A stretch of 64,000 nt of DNA from Deltaproteobacteria bacterium (GTDB lineage Bacteria; Myxococcota_A; Polyangia; Polyangiales; Houyiibacteriaceae): positions 1 to 64,000 of the forward strand of contig JAXMNT010000008.1 in assembly GCA_034670305.1 (NCBI GenBank), in the 5' to 3' direction. Below are positions 55,683-64,000 of this stretch, one piece after another (position 1 is the stretch's first letter; every line of letters starts with the position of its first letter). Made by a program: the position numbers and the translations under genes. The notes under the pieces were generated by a model. The model saw only the letters and a list, made by a program, of their open reading frames with translations. It was not told the origin of the DNA and searched no databases.

Positions 55683-57247
55683 CGACACTTGACCTGGTTC
55701 TGGTCCCCGCACGCCGTCGACCCTGCAGCGCACGAGTACACTTGCTCGCACCGGTTGCCACTGGAGTCGCTGATCGTGTCGCAGACGATGTACGTGACAC
55801 GCGTGCCGCAAGCCCGTCGCGAGACAAAGCCTTCTCTCGGTTCGAAGCACGCTCCGCGCGAGTCTTCGACACAGGAGCCGATGACGGTGTCGGTCGCGGT
55901 CTCGATTCCGTCGCAGTCGAAGTCGAAGCTGCCCGAGGTGCGGGGCGTACCGAACGAAGCGGTCTGTCCCGGGTACGCGCGCGGGTCGTCCGCGTCGCAG
56001 TCCCGGTTGGCCGGAGGGGTCGGATCGATGTCGGTGTACCCGACCGGGCACGCGTCGGCGCACACTTCCATCACCGTGGCGGTGACCACCGTGTATCCGT
56101 CGCCATCGGTGTCCTCGAAACATCGAAAGAACACCCCTTCGTCGACGGCGCCATCGCAGTCGTCGTCGAGTTCGTTGCAGGTCTCCGGCGCGGCTTCGTC
56201 GGCGCCCGTGCAGGGGCCCCACACACCGTCCCCGGCGCAGGTCTGCACGCCTCGACTGCACTCGCCGACATCCGTTCCGCAGAAGCGCACTTCGTCATCG
56301 CACTCGCAGCCGTTGTCGGCGGCCCCATCACAGTCTTCGTCTTCCCCGTTGCCGCAGATTTCCGGGCCCGGAAGCACCGCGCACTCGGCCCACATGCCCG
56401 CCACGCACGTCTGGGTGCTGCGGCCGCACAGGCCCGGTTGGGGACAGCTGCGGACCGCGGCGTTCTCGCACGCACAGCCACCTGGCGGGTCGTTGGCCGT
56501 ACCACTGCAGTCGTCGTCGACCATGGCTTCGTCGCATCGGTCGTACGCACCGGGGTGCACGCTCGCCAACGCGTCGTCGCAATCGTCCGCGACCTCCGCA
56601 TACCCAACGGGCGCCCGACACGCCTGCGTCGTCTCGGCGTCGGCCGCGTCCGAACCATGCCCGTCGCGGTCCGCGTCGATGGAGAACGTCGCGAGCACGC
56701 CCTCGTCCGTCGCCCCATCGCAGTCGTCGTCGAGTTCGTTGCAGCTCTCCGCTTCGTCCGGGTGCACCGCGTTGCGGCTGTCGTCGCAGTCGTCGCCGCA
56801 GTTCGTACCGTTGCAACACAGCGCGTCGATGTAGCCGTCGCCGTCCGCATCGCGTTCTCCGAAGGTGGTGGGGTCGCAGTCTTCGTCGACGCTCCCGCGA
56901 TCACAGACTTCGGCGTTGCCGGGGAAGCGGTTCGGGTTGCTGTCGTCGCAGTCGGTGCCGCCGCAGTCGACCGAGTCCGCGCCGTCGCCATCGGCGTCCA
57001 GCGTCACCGCGCACTCGGTGACGCACCGGTCGGCGAGCTCGTCGCAGGTCGTGCCGAGCCCGCAGGGCGTCGTCGGCGCCGTGCACACCCCGTCTTCGCA
57101 CCGTTCGATGCCGTTGCAAAAGACGCCGTCGTCACAGGCCGCGCACGGGTCCGCCCCGTCGGTGCTGGCGTCCGCGGTGGAAGAATCGTCGTCGCCACAC
57201 GCAACAACCGAGAGACACAGAACCACACAGCAGGTGAAGCGAGACAT
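55679..57247 (-). CDS. Paralogous Cys/Asp-rich lipoprotein with MopE-like repeats
   Basis: VVAC lipobox, same repeat order as the downstream gene, ATGA overlap. Confidence 0.9.
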   Translation of the reverse strand: MSRFTCCVVLCLSVVACGDDDSSTADASTDGADPCAACDDGVFCNGIERCEDGVCTAPTTPCGLGTTCDELADRCVTECAVTLDADGDGADSVDCGGTDCDDSNPNRFPGNAEVCDRGSVDEDCDPTTFGERDADGDGYIDALCCNGTNCGDDCDDSRNAVHPDEAESCNELDDDCDGATDEGVLATFSIDADRDGHGSDAADAETTQACRAPVGYAEVADDCDDALASVHPGAYDRCDEAMVDDDCSGTANDPPGGCACENAAVRSCPQPGLCGRSTQTCVAGMWAECAVLPGPEICGNGEDEDCDGAADNGCECDDEVRFCGTDVGECSRGVQTCAGDGVWGPCTGADEAAPETCNELDDDCDGAVDEGVFFRCFEDTDGDGYTVVTATVMEVCADACPVGYTDIDPTPPANRDCDADDPRAYPGQTASFGTPRTSGSFDFDCDGIETATDTVIGSCVEDSRGACFEPREGFVSRRACGTRVTYIVCDTISDSSGNRCEQVYSCAAGSTACGDQNQVKCR

Positions 57248-57310
57248 GCCGACAGGGTACGGGATGAACGGTCGCTGACTCAGCGGAAAACCAGCGCACG
57301 TACGCGCCTC

Positions 57311-58342
57311 TCAGCGGAAGTATGCGCGGACGAGCTCGGCGGCCTCGGCGCGTTTGGCCGACATGTCCTTCGCGAGGAACGCCATGCCCTCGGTGCGGGC
57401 GAGGTTGTGGGCACGCCGGGTTTCATACCGCTCCACGTCCCACCCGAAGTAGTCGTCCTCGAGCACGTCGCGGGCGAACCGCGCGACGAGCTCCCAGGTG
57501 ATGAGACGGCCGCAGTCGGCGAGCGATGCGCGCTCCGCTTCCGTCAGTGCCACGCCTTGCGCCGCGTAGCCTCGCAAGAACGCCTCGAACCGTCCGAGTT
57601 CGAACTCGGTCGCTTCGTCTTCTTCGCCGGTCCGGCACCACGAGCGCACCGCATCGCCGAGATCGACCAGCACCGAGTGGCGGTTGCAGGTGTCGAGATC
57701 GATGAGCGCGAGCGCCTCGTCGCCAAGAAAGAGCACGTTGCTGATCTTGGGATCGCCATGCACCACGTGCCGCGGCAGGTGGCTCGAGAGCAACAGGCCG
57801 GGAAGTTCTTGCTCCACCGCGGCCAGTGTGTCGGCCACGAGCGGCAGGTGGGCCTCGTGCACGGGGTTCGCGGCCGACGTTCGAAAACGCTCCAGATGCA
57901 GCGCGGTGTCGTGCCCGGGATGCGCGCTTCGGAACGGCGCGTCGAAGTCCGCCATGGCCACGTGAAAGCGGCCGAGCGCACGCGCGGCTTCCTCGACGTC
58001 GTGGGCGTTGCGCACCGCGGTCCGTGTCTCACCCGGCAGCCGCGTGGTCAGGCGCCAGTAGCGCCGCTTCTCGTCGGCGTCGTCGAACGCGAGCGGGTGG
58101 TCGTCGAGGGTGCGGATCACCACCGGCGAAGGCTGGCCCTTCTTCGCCAGGTGATCCGTGACCGCCACGTAGTCGGCCACGACATCCATGGACGAGAGCC
58201 CGGGGGCAAGCCGCTGAAAAACGTAGCTGCCTTCGCTCGAGTCCACGAAAAAGGTCTCGTGGACCAGCCCCTGTTCCACCGGTTCGACCTGGCCGACCCG
58301 GCCGATCGAGTACGCCGCCAGCACCGCCTTCGGATCGTGCAT
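57311..58342 (-). CDS. Aminoglycoside phosphotransferase/sugar-kinase family protein
   Basis: HGDPKISNVLF and LIDLDT motifs. Confidence 0.9.
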   Translation of the reverse strand: MHDPKAVLAAYSIGRVGQVEPVEQGLVHETFFVDSSEGSYVFQRLAPGLSSMDVVADYVAVTDHLAKKGQPSPVVIRTLDDHPLAFDDADEKRRYWRLTTRLPGETRTAVRNAHDVEEAARALGRFHVAMADFDAPFRSAHPGHDTALHLERFRTSAANPVHEAHLPLVADTLAAVEQELPGLLLSSHLPRHVVHGDPKISNVLFLGDEALALIDLDTCNRHSVLVDLGDAVRSWCRTGEEDEATEFELGRFEAFLRGYAAQGVALTEAERASLADCGRLITWELVARFARDVLEDDYFGWDVERYETRRAHNLARTEGMAFLAKDMSAKRAEAAELVRAYFR

Positions 58343-58462
58343 GGCGGGAGTCTCGCACGGTTCGGCCTCGCCGCACGCGGCTCGGAAGGATGCTGGCCGG
58401 CGAGGTCATTCGACCGCAAGCTTCGGAATGTGGCGTTCGCCCGGACCCTGCACCCTCTCTTC

Positions 58463-59335
58463 ATGACCACCGACAACCCGACGACTTGGGTCGAACCCCT
58501 CTGCCGATTCCTCGAAGCAGAAGTCCGCCGTGGCGCACCCATTCCAACCCTCGACGCGCTCGCCGAACGCGTGTCGCTGAGCAAGTTTCATCTGCAACGC
58601 ACCTTCAAGGCCGTGACCGGCGTGAGCCCCCGGACCTACGCCAAGTCGATTCGCGTGCGCCACGCACGCACCGAACTCGAGCGGGCACCCTCGGTGACCC
58701 GAGCGGTGGTGGACGGAGGCTTCCAGTCGACGTCGCGCTTCCACGAGGAGGTCGTCGCCACGCTGGGCATGACGCCGACCCGGTTCCGAGAACGCGGTGC
58801 CGGGCTGACGATCCGGTTCGCCGTCGGACAGTCTGTTTTGGGCGCGCTCTTGGTGGCGGGCACCGAACGCGGCATCTGCAGCATCGCCCTCGGTCAAGAC
58901 GCCGAGGCTCTGGTCCACGAGCTCGACCGAGAGTTCTCCAACGCACACCTCGTGGGGAACGATGGGACGTTCGAGCGGTGGGTCGCTCAGGTGGCAGGCC
59001 TCGTTCACGAACCGCGGCCGGCCCTCGACCTGCCGCTGGACATCCGAGGCACAGCGTTCCAGCGGCGGGTGTGGACCGCCCTGCGCGCCATCGCGCCGGG
59101 CACCACGCTGACCTATGCCGAAGTCGCGAAACAGATCGGGCATCCCATGGCAGCGCGTGCCGTCGCGTCCGCCTGCGCCGCGAACCGGCTCGCGCTCGTG
59201 ATTCCCTGTCATCGCGTGGTGCGGCGCGACCGCGCCCTCACCGGGTACCGATGGGGCATCGAACGCAAACGCGCATTGCTTCAGTACGAGGCCAACTTCT
59301 TGGTCCAAGAGGGCCCCGCCGTATGTCGCAGCTGA
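58463..59335 (+). CDS. ada: Ada-like AraC-HTH/O6-methylguanine-DNA methyltransferase lacking the N-terminal Zn domain
   Basis: SKFHLQRTFK HTH, GTAFQRRVW, IPCHRVV and GYRWG motifs, directly upstream of alkB. Confidence 0.88.
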   Translation: MTTDNPTTWVEPLCRFLEAEVRRGAPIPTLDALAERVSLSKFHLQRTFKAVTGVSPRTYAKSIRVRHARTELERAPSVTRAVVDGGFQSTSRFHEEVVATLGMTPTRFRERGAGLTIRFAVGQSVLGALLVAGTERGICSIALGQDAEALVHELDREFSNAHLVGNDGTFERWVAQVAGLVHEPRPALDLPLDIRGTAFQRRVWTALRAIAPGTTLTYAEVAKQIGHPMAARAVASACAANRLALVIPCHRVVRRDRALTGYRWGIERKRALLQYEANFLVQEGPAVCRS

Positions 59336-59970
59336 CGTTCGAACTCGGCGGGCGCGACACCCGCATCGAGTTGGGCGAAGGCGCCGCCGTTCTCGGCGGG
59401 TTTGCGCGCGCCCAGGCGGCTTCGCTGCTTGAGGCCATCGAAGGCGTCGCGGCGCGGGCGGCCTTCCGGCACCTCGTCACGCCCGGCGGCCAACCGATGT
59501 CGGTGGCGATGACCAACTGCGGCACCCAGGGCTGGACCTCCAGCCCCGCCGGCTACCGGTACACGGCACACGACCCCGACACCGGTCTTGCCTGGCCCGC
59601 GATGCCCAGCCGCTTCGCGTCCCTTGCCGCCGAGGCCGCCGCCGAGCTGGGGTTCGACGGGTACGAACCCGATGCGTGTCTCATCAACCGATACGCCGTG
59701 GGCGCGCGTCTCACTGCGCACCGCGACAACGACGAAGCCGATGCGCGCGCTCCGATCGTCTCGGTGTCGCTCGGACTGCCCGCGACGTTCTTCTTCGGCG
59801 GGCGGTCCAGAAGCGAACCGACCACGAAGGTCCGGCTGGAGCATGGCGACGTGGTCGTCTGGGGTGGCGCGTCCCGCTTGAACTACCACGGTGTGCTGCC
59901 CATCCGAGACGGATGGCACTCGGACACCGGCGCGCACCGATACAACCTCACGTTCCGACGAACCCGCTGA
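59323..59970 (+). CDS. alkB: Alpha-ketoglutarate-dependent dioxygenase AlkB
   Basis: MSVAMTNCG, PDACLINRY, HRD, YHG and RYNLTFR motifs. Confidence 0.95.
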   Translation: MSQLTFELGGRDTRIELGEGAAVLGGFARAQAASLLEAIEGVAARAAFRHLVTPGGQPMSVAMTNCGTQGWTSSPAGYRYTAHDPDTGLAWPAMPSRFASLAAEAAAELGFDGYEPDACLINRYAVGARLTAHRDNDEADARAPIVSVSLGLPATFFFGGRSRSEPTTKVRLEHGDVVVWGGASRLNYHGVLPIRDGWHSDTGAHRYNLTFRRTR

Positions 59971-60005
59971 GTGCGCTCGGGTGCGCGGGACCATCGAGGG
60001 GACTC

Positions 60006-61319
60006 GTGCTAGCGCATCGGGTGCACGAACCGCCCTCCTCCGCTGAGCTTCGATCCTCCAAGGGCGCCAACCGCCTGACCCAGCCAGCGCTCGGGCCCGC
60101 CCGCGGATTCTTCGCACCCGGCTACGAACCGGTCGCGCGCTGTTTCGCAGGCCTGTTGGAGCGCGAAGAGATCGGGGCCGGCGTGTCGATCTATGTGCGT
60201 GGCGAACACGTCGTCGACCTGCACGGGGGCCTGGCCGACGTGAAACAAGAGCGACCCTGGCAGAAGGACACACGCATCGTCGTGTTCTCCGCGACGAAGG
60301 GACTGATGGCGATGGCCACCCACCTGCTGGCAGATCGAGGTCAGCTCGAGTGGGACGCGCCGGTGGCCGAGTACTGGCCGGAGTTCGCGGCGAACGGCAA
60401 AGCGGGCATCACCGTCCGCACGCTGCTGAACCACCGCGCCGGGCTGCCCTACCTCGACACGCCGCTTCGACTCGACGACTTCTTGGCACCGACGCACCCC
60501 GCGCACGTCTGCGCTGCCCTCGAATCGCAGCGGACCGCATGGACCCCGGGCACCGATCAGGGCTACCACGCGACGACCTACGGCATGTACGCGCGGGAGC
60601 TCTTCGCCCGGATCGCCAAAGAACCGGTGGGCCCGTTCCTGCGGCGCGAGCTGCTCGAACCGCTCGGCTCCGATGCGTTCATGGGCACGCCCGCGTCCGA
60701 AGACTCGAAGTTCGCCACCCTCTACAACCCCTCTCTCGGCGCGCGGCTGCGGAAGATGTTGGCCACCGCAATCACCGATCCGGACTCGAACGAGATCCGC
60801 ATCCTCAAGGGCACGTTGAAACGGAACTCGATCGGTCAGAAGGCGTATCGCAACCCGAAAACCAAAGGCGGCGTCTTCGCGTACAACGCGCTTCCGGCTC
60901 GCCGGGCCGCGCTGGCGTGGGCATCGGCGACGGCGAGCGCGGACGGCCTGGCGCGCGCGTACCTTCCGTTCGCGGGCGACGGATCGGTGGATGGCCGACG
61001 ATACTTCGCCGCCGAGAGCCTCGAGCCGATCCACCGACGCCAGGGATGGTCCGAGTGCGACCGGGTGCTGCACAAGCCGCAGGGTTGGTCGCAGGGGTTC
61101 CTGAAAGAGCAGCGCAAGTACTTCAGCCCGAACCCGGAGTCGTTCGGACACGCCGGTCTCGGCGGCGCGCTCGGCTGGTGCGATCCAATCGAAGGGGTCG
61201 CGTTCGGCTACGTCCTCAACAACCTCGACTGGCGGGTGCGGAGCGGCCGAGCCGTCGCGCTGTGCCATGCGCTGTACGAGTGTGCCCCCTTGTTCGGCAG
61301 CGCCCGCGCGGCCGAGTAG
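60006..61319 (+). CDS. Serine hydrolase/esterase (beta-lactamase family); start uncertain
   Basis: VFSATKG, LLNHRAGL, GYHA and FGHAGLGG motifs. Confidence 0.9.
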   Translation: MLAHRVHEPPSSAELRSSKGANRLTQPALGPARGFFAPGYEPVARCFAGLLEREEIGAGVSIYVRGEHVVDLHGGLADVKQERPWQKDTRIVVFSATKGLMAMATHLLADRGQLEWDAPVAEYWPEFAANGKAGITVRTLLNHRAGLPYLDTPLRLDDFLAPTHPAHVCAALESQRTAWTPGTDQGYHATTYGMYARELFARIAKEPVGPFLRRELLEPLGSDAFMGTPASEDSKFATLYNPSLGARLRKMLATAITDPDSNEIRILKGTLKRNSIGQKAYRNPKTKGGVFAYNALPARRAALAWASATASADGLARAYLPFAGDGSVDGRRYFAAESLEPIHRRQGWSECDRVLHKPQGWSQGFLKEQRKYFSPNPESFGHAGLGGALGWCDPIEGVAFGYVLNNLDWRVRSGRAVALCHALYECAPLFGSARAAE

Positions 61320-61328
61320 CGGCTCTCC

Positions 61329-61913
61329 GTGGTCCAACGATCCCTACCCGTCGTCTTGAAGGCCGCACGGGCTTGCACCGTATGCGCACCCCACCTGCCC
61401 CACGGACCCAGACCGGTGTTGACCGCAGGCACGGGCGCGCGGGTCCTGATCATCGGCCAGGCCCCAGGAAGCAAGGTGCACGCGAGCGGCATCCCGTGGG
61501 ACGACGTCAGCGGCCAGAGACTCCGCACGTGGCTCGGTGTCGAGTCCGATGTCTTCTACGATCCTGAGCAAGTGTCGCTGCTCCCGATGGGGTTCTGTTT
61601 TCCAGGCATGGGCAAGAGCGGAGACCTTCCTCCCCGACCCGAGTGCGAGCCGAAGTGGCACCCCGAGTTGCTCGCGGCGATGCCCCACATTCGCCTGACC
61701 CTCTTGCTCGGCATGTACGCACAAGGGCGCTACCTGGAACGCTCGGGCACGGTCACCGAGAACGTGGCCGACTGGAAGAAGCAGCTCCGGAAGAACCAAC
61801 TCGCGCTCCCGCACCCTTCCCCGCGCAGCCGCTGGGTCCGACAGAACCCGTGGTTCGAAACGGATGTGCTGCCGCGACTTCGACGTCGCATCCAGCGGGC
61901 CCTCGCGCGCTGA
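61329..61913 (+). CDS. Uracil-DNA glycosylase family protein
   Basis: IIGQAPG, PWDDVSG, GDLPPRPEC and LPHPSPR motifs. Confidence 0.92.
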   Translation: MVQRSLPVVLKAARACTVCAPHLPHGPRPVLTAGTGARVLIIGQAPGSKVHASGIPWDDVSGQRLRTWLGVESDVFYDPEQVSLLPMGFCFPGMGKSGDLPPRPECEPKWHPELLAAMPHIRLTLLLGMYAQGRYLERSGTVTENVADWKKQLRKNQLALPHPSPRSRWVRQNPWFETDVLPRLRRRIQRALAR

Positions 61914-61923
61914 GGGAACGGGC

Positions 61924-63036
61924 TCAGGACTCCGGAACCGTCTGGACCTCCGCGTTCGGGAACGCTGCGCGCCGCTCACCCGCCGCACCCTGCATGGGCG
62001 TCAGCGCGAAGAGTGGGATGCCCGCCACATCGTCCAACGAGATGCGACGCACCTGCGGCAGAGGCGGCCCCGCCACCCGCGCGATGCCATCAAAGACGAG
62101 GTGGGTCAGGTTCGGGAACGCATGAAGAGGCGCGGTGTCCAGCTGGGCCGGTGCGGTGGGACCGGCTTGTCGCTCCAGCCGAGACCAGGGCACCGGTTCC
62201 AGCAAGTCGATGCGTAGGACGTCGACCGTCGCGCGCAGCGCTGCATGCCGGGACGACCGACTCAGTGCACATCGGCCGATGGCCTCGAGCGTTCGATCGC
62301 CCTTTGGGGTGTTCGCGAAATGAAGTCTGCGTTGCTCGTATCGAGGTTCTCCGGTGCAAGCCAGGAGCACGTCCGGGTCGAGCTGACGCACCAGCTCCAA
62401 GCCTTGGCGACGGCGTTCCGCCTCGGGGGAATCCAGCAGACGAAACACGCTGTGCAGCCGGCGACGGTCCGGCTCGGACACGTTCGCACCGACCGCGTGC
62501 AGACGGAGGTCGCGCCTGTAGGTCCAGCGACCGATGTCCGTGTCGACCGAGGCCCCCTCGACCAGCGATGTGACGGTCCCATCGGGTGCGACGTGTCGAT
62601 GCGCGCCGTGCTCGGCGAAATGGTCTCCGAGGCTGGGCCAGGACAACGGCTCCGTGAAGTCGCTGCGGTACCACTGCAACCGCCGCCCGAGCGGCACCTG
62701 TCGGTGAGGCGCGCTCGGAGAACAAAGCCACGCAAGTGGGGGACCGTCGTCGAACACCAGGTGCGCGGCGCCCATGTCGAGTTGGTCTCCCGCTGCGAGT
62801 GGCTGGTCCCCATCGATGCGCGATCCATTGAGGATCGTCCCGTTGGTGCTGCGCTCATCGTGCACGAAGAACCGACCGTCGCGCTCGTAGATGCGCGCGT
62901 GCCGCCGCGCGATGGACCCCGACGGCAGCCGGACGCTCATCCGCCCCGCCCGACCCAAACCCACCTCTCCGTGCACGATGGGATGCACCCAGCAACACCC
63001 CGGGAGGTAGACGAAGACATGAGGCGACCGAACCAT
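61924..63036 (-). CDS. FHA-domain protein with LRR-like C-terminus
   Basis: LGR...SIARRHA...DERSTNGTILNG FHA motifs and PLHAFPNLTHL. Confidence 0.75.
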   Translation of the reverse strand: MVRSPHVFVYLPGCCWVHPIVHGEVGLGRAGRMSVRLPSGSIARRHARIYERDGRFFVHDERSTNGTILNGSRIDGDQPLAAGDQLDMGAAHLVFDDGPPLAWLCSPSAPHRQVPLGRRLQWYRSDFTEPLSWPSLGDHFAEHGAHRHVAPDGTVTSLVEGASVDTDIGRWTYRRDLRLHAVGANVSEPDRRRLHSVFRLLDSPEAERRRQGLELVRQLDPDVLLACTGEPRYEQRRLHFANTPKGDRTLEAIGRCALSRSSRHAALRATVDVLRIDLLEPVPWSRLERQAGPTAPAQLDTAPLHAFPNLTHLVFDGIARVAGPPLPQVRRISLDDVAGIPLFALTPMQGAAGERRAAFPNAEVQTVPES

Positions 63037-63078
63037 GGTCTCCCTCAGGATGCCACGTCGCCTGCGAGAACACGCGCA

Positions 63079-63627
63079 TCAGAACACAGGCGCCCGGTCG
63101 ACGGACCGCCACCCGCGTTTCTCCACCGAACGCACGGAGCCGACGGAACCAAGCTCGTCCAAGTACGCCGCGAGGGCGCGCAACTCCTCGTCCGTCGCGT
63201 CCCCTTCGAAGGGCGTGACCCGCACGAGGTTGCCGTAGCTCCTCGACCATTTCGCGGGCGTGTCGTCCACCGCGAGGATGTGCGTCTTCTCGAACCCGAA
63301 CCGCCGCAACTTGGCGATGGGTTTGCGCCGAACGAACCCGCCGGGTTCGTACCCCGACCAGTCTCTGGACAGGGTGCAGCGACGCGCATCGAAGACGAAC
63401 CGGAGGCGGTCGCGCGGAACGATGCGCCCGACGATCTGTTGTGCGTAGCCCGGCGAAGACGAGGTCCACACGCCCACGGTGAACCGGTCAAACGCGAACT
63501 TCAGGAACTCAGACAGAAACGGACGGAGGTACACGTGGTACCCGGCGGCGCGAAAGTCCGGGGCGCGTTCGAGCGGTTCGTCCGCCGCGTGAAGCAGTGT
63601 CTCGTCCAGGTCGAGCACCAGCAGCAT
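63079..63627 (-). CDS. HAD-superfamily NIF/FCP1-like phosphatase
   Basis: [24 protein letters not shown] and VDD motifs. Confidence 0.92.
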   Translation of the reverse strand: MLLVLDLDETLLHAADEPLERAPDFRAAGYHVYLRPFLSEFLKFAFDRFTVGVWTSSSPGYAQQIVGRIVPRDRLRFVFDARRCTLSRDWSGYEPGGFVRRKPIAKLRRFGFEKTHILAVDDTPAKWSRSYGNLVRVTPFEGDATDEELRALAAYLDELGSVGSVRSVEKRGWRSVDRAPVF

Positions 63628-63665
63628 GGGATGGCGTGGCACGACGCACGATGGGCACGTCGGCG

Positions 63666-63921
63666 CGCAAGGCAAGGGTCCGCTTTTTCGGCTTCGGCTT
63701 CGGCATCGGCATCGGCATCGGCATCGGCATCGCCTTCAGCATCGGCTTCGGCGTCGGCATCGGCTTCAGCATCGGCTTCAGCATCGGCTTCAGCATCGGC
63801 ATCGGCATCGGCTTCAGCATCGGCATCGGCATCGGCATCGGCATCGGCTTCGGCATCGGCTTCAGCATCGGCATCGGCATCGGCATCGGCATCGGCATCG
63901 GAATCGGCGTCGGCTTTCGGA
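63666..63921 (+). repeat. Short GCAAGG tract then (TCGGCA/TCGGCT/TCAGCA)n
   Basis: GCAAGGCAAGGGTCCGC followed by hexamer units at 63688-63921. Confidence 0.95.
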
Positions 63922-64000
63922 TTCAGCGCCGGTGCAGGCAACGACACAATCCTGCTACCGCCGGCTCTCAGCCTTCCTCGTCCCGGACCAAGTGAACACC

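Overview
Very GC-rich bacterial chromosomal window. Gene content (eukaryote-type Ser/Thr kinase, FHA-sigma54 activator, PEGA and MopE-repeat proteins, many lipoproteins with DAG-rich linkers) suggests Myxococcota, probably Polyangia/Sandaracinus-like; this is an inference. About 60 CDSs are supported. They include transport genes (APC-USP permease, MacAB-like ABC system, VIT1), arsenic and heavy-metal genes (arsR-acr3, merR plus a fused CopZ-N/MerT/HMA gene, a distant arsH), monomeric icd, a stand-alone fusA, DNA repair genes (truncated ada, alkB, UDG-family), LysR/TetR modules and many secreted hydrolases. No rRNA, tRNA, CRISPR array, integrase or transposase was recognised. The most unusual signal is non-coding. 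Ten intergenic hexamer-repeat arrays (TCGGCN/TCGGGN, GGGCAA, CAGCRR) occur, five of them with a shared bipartite polarity. They are linked to an intact four-helix-bundle (Avd/23S-IVP-like) gene with a highly structured 5' leader, and to a two-copy element with short inverted termini that carries a four-helix-bundle-like 3' end and abuts CTAG stop codons. Also notable are a solitary primase-like/degenerate-helicase ORF and a symmetric sigma54 module. Start codons were chosen by eye and product calls come from motif recognition only.
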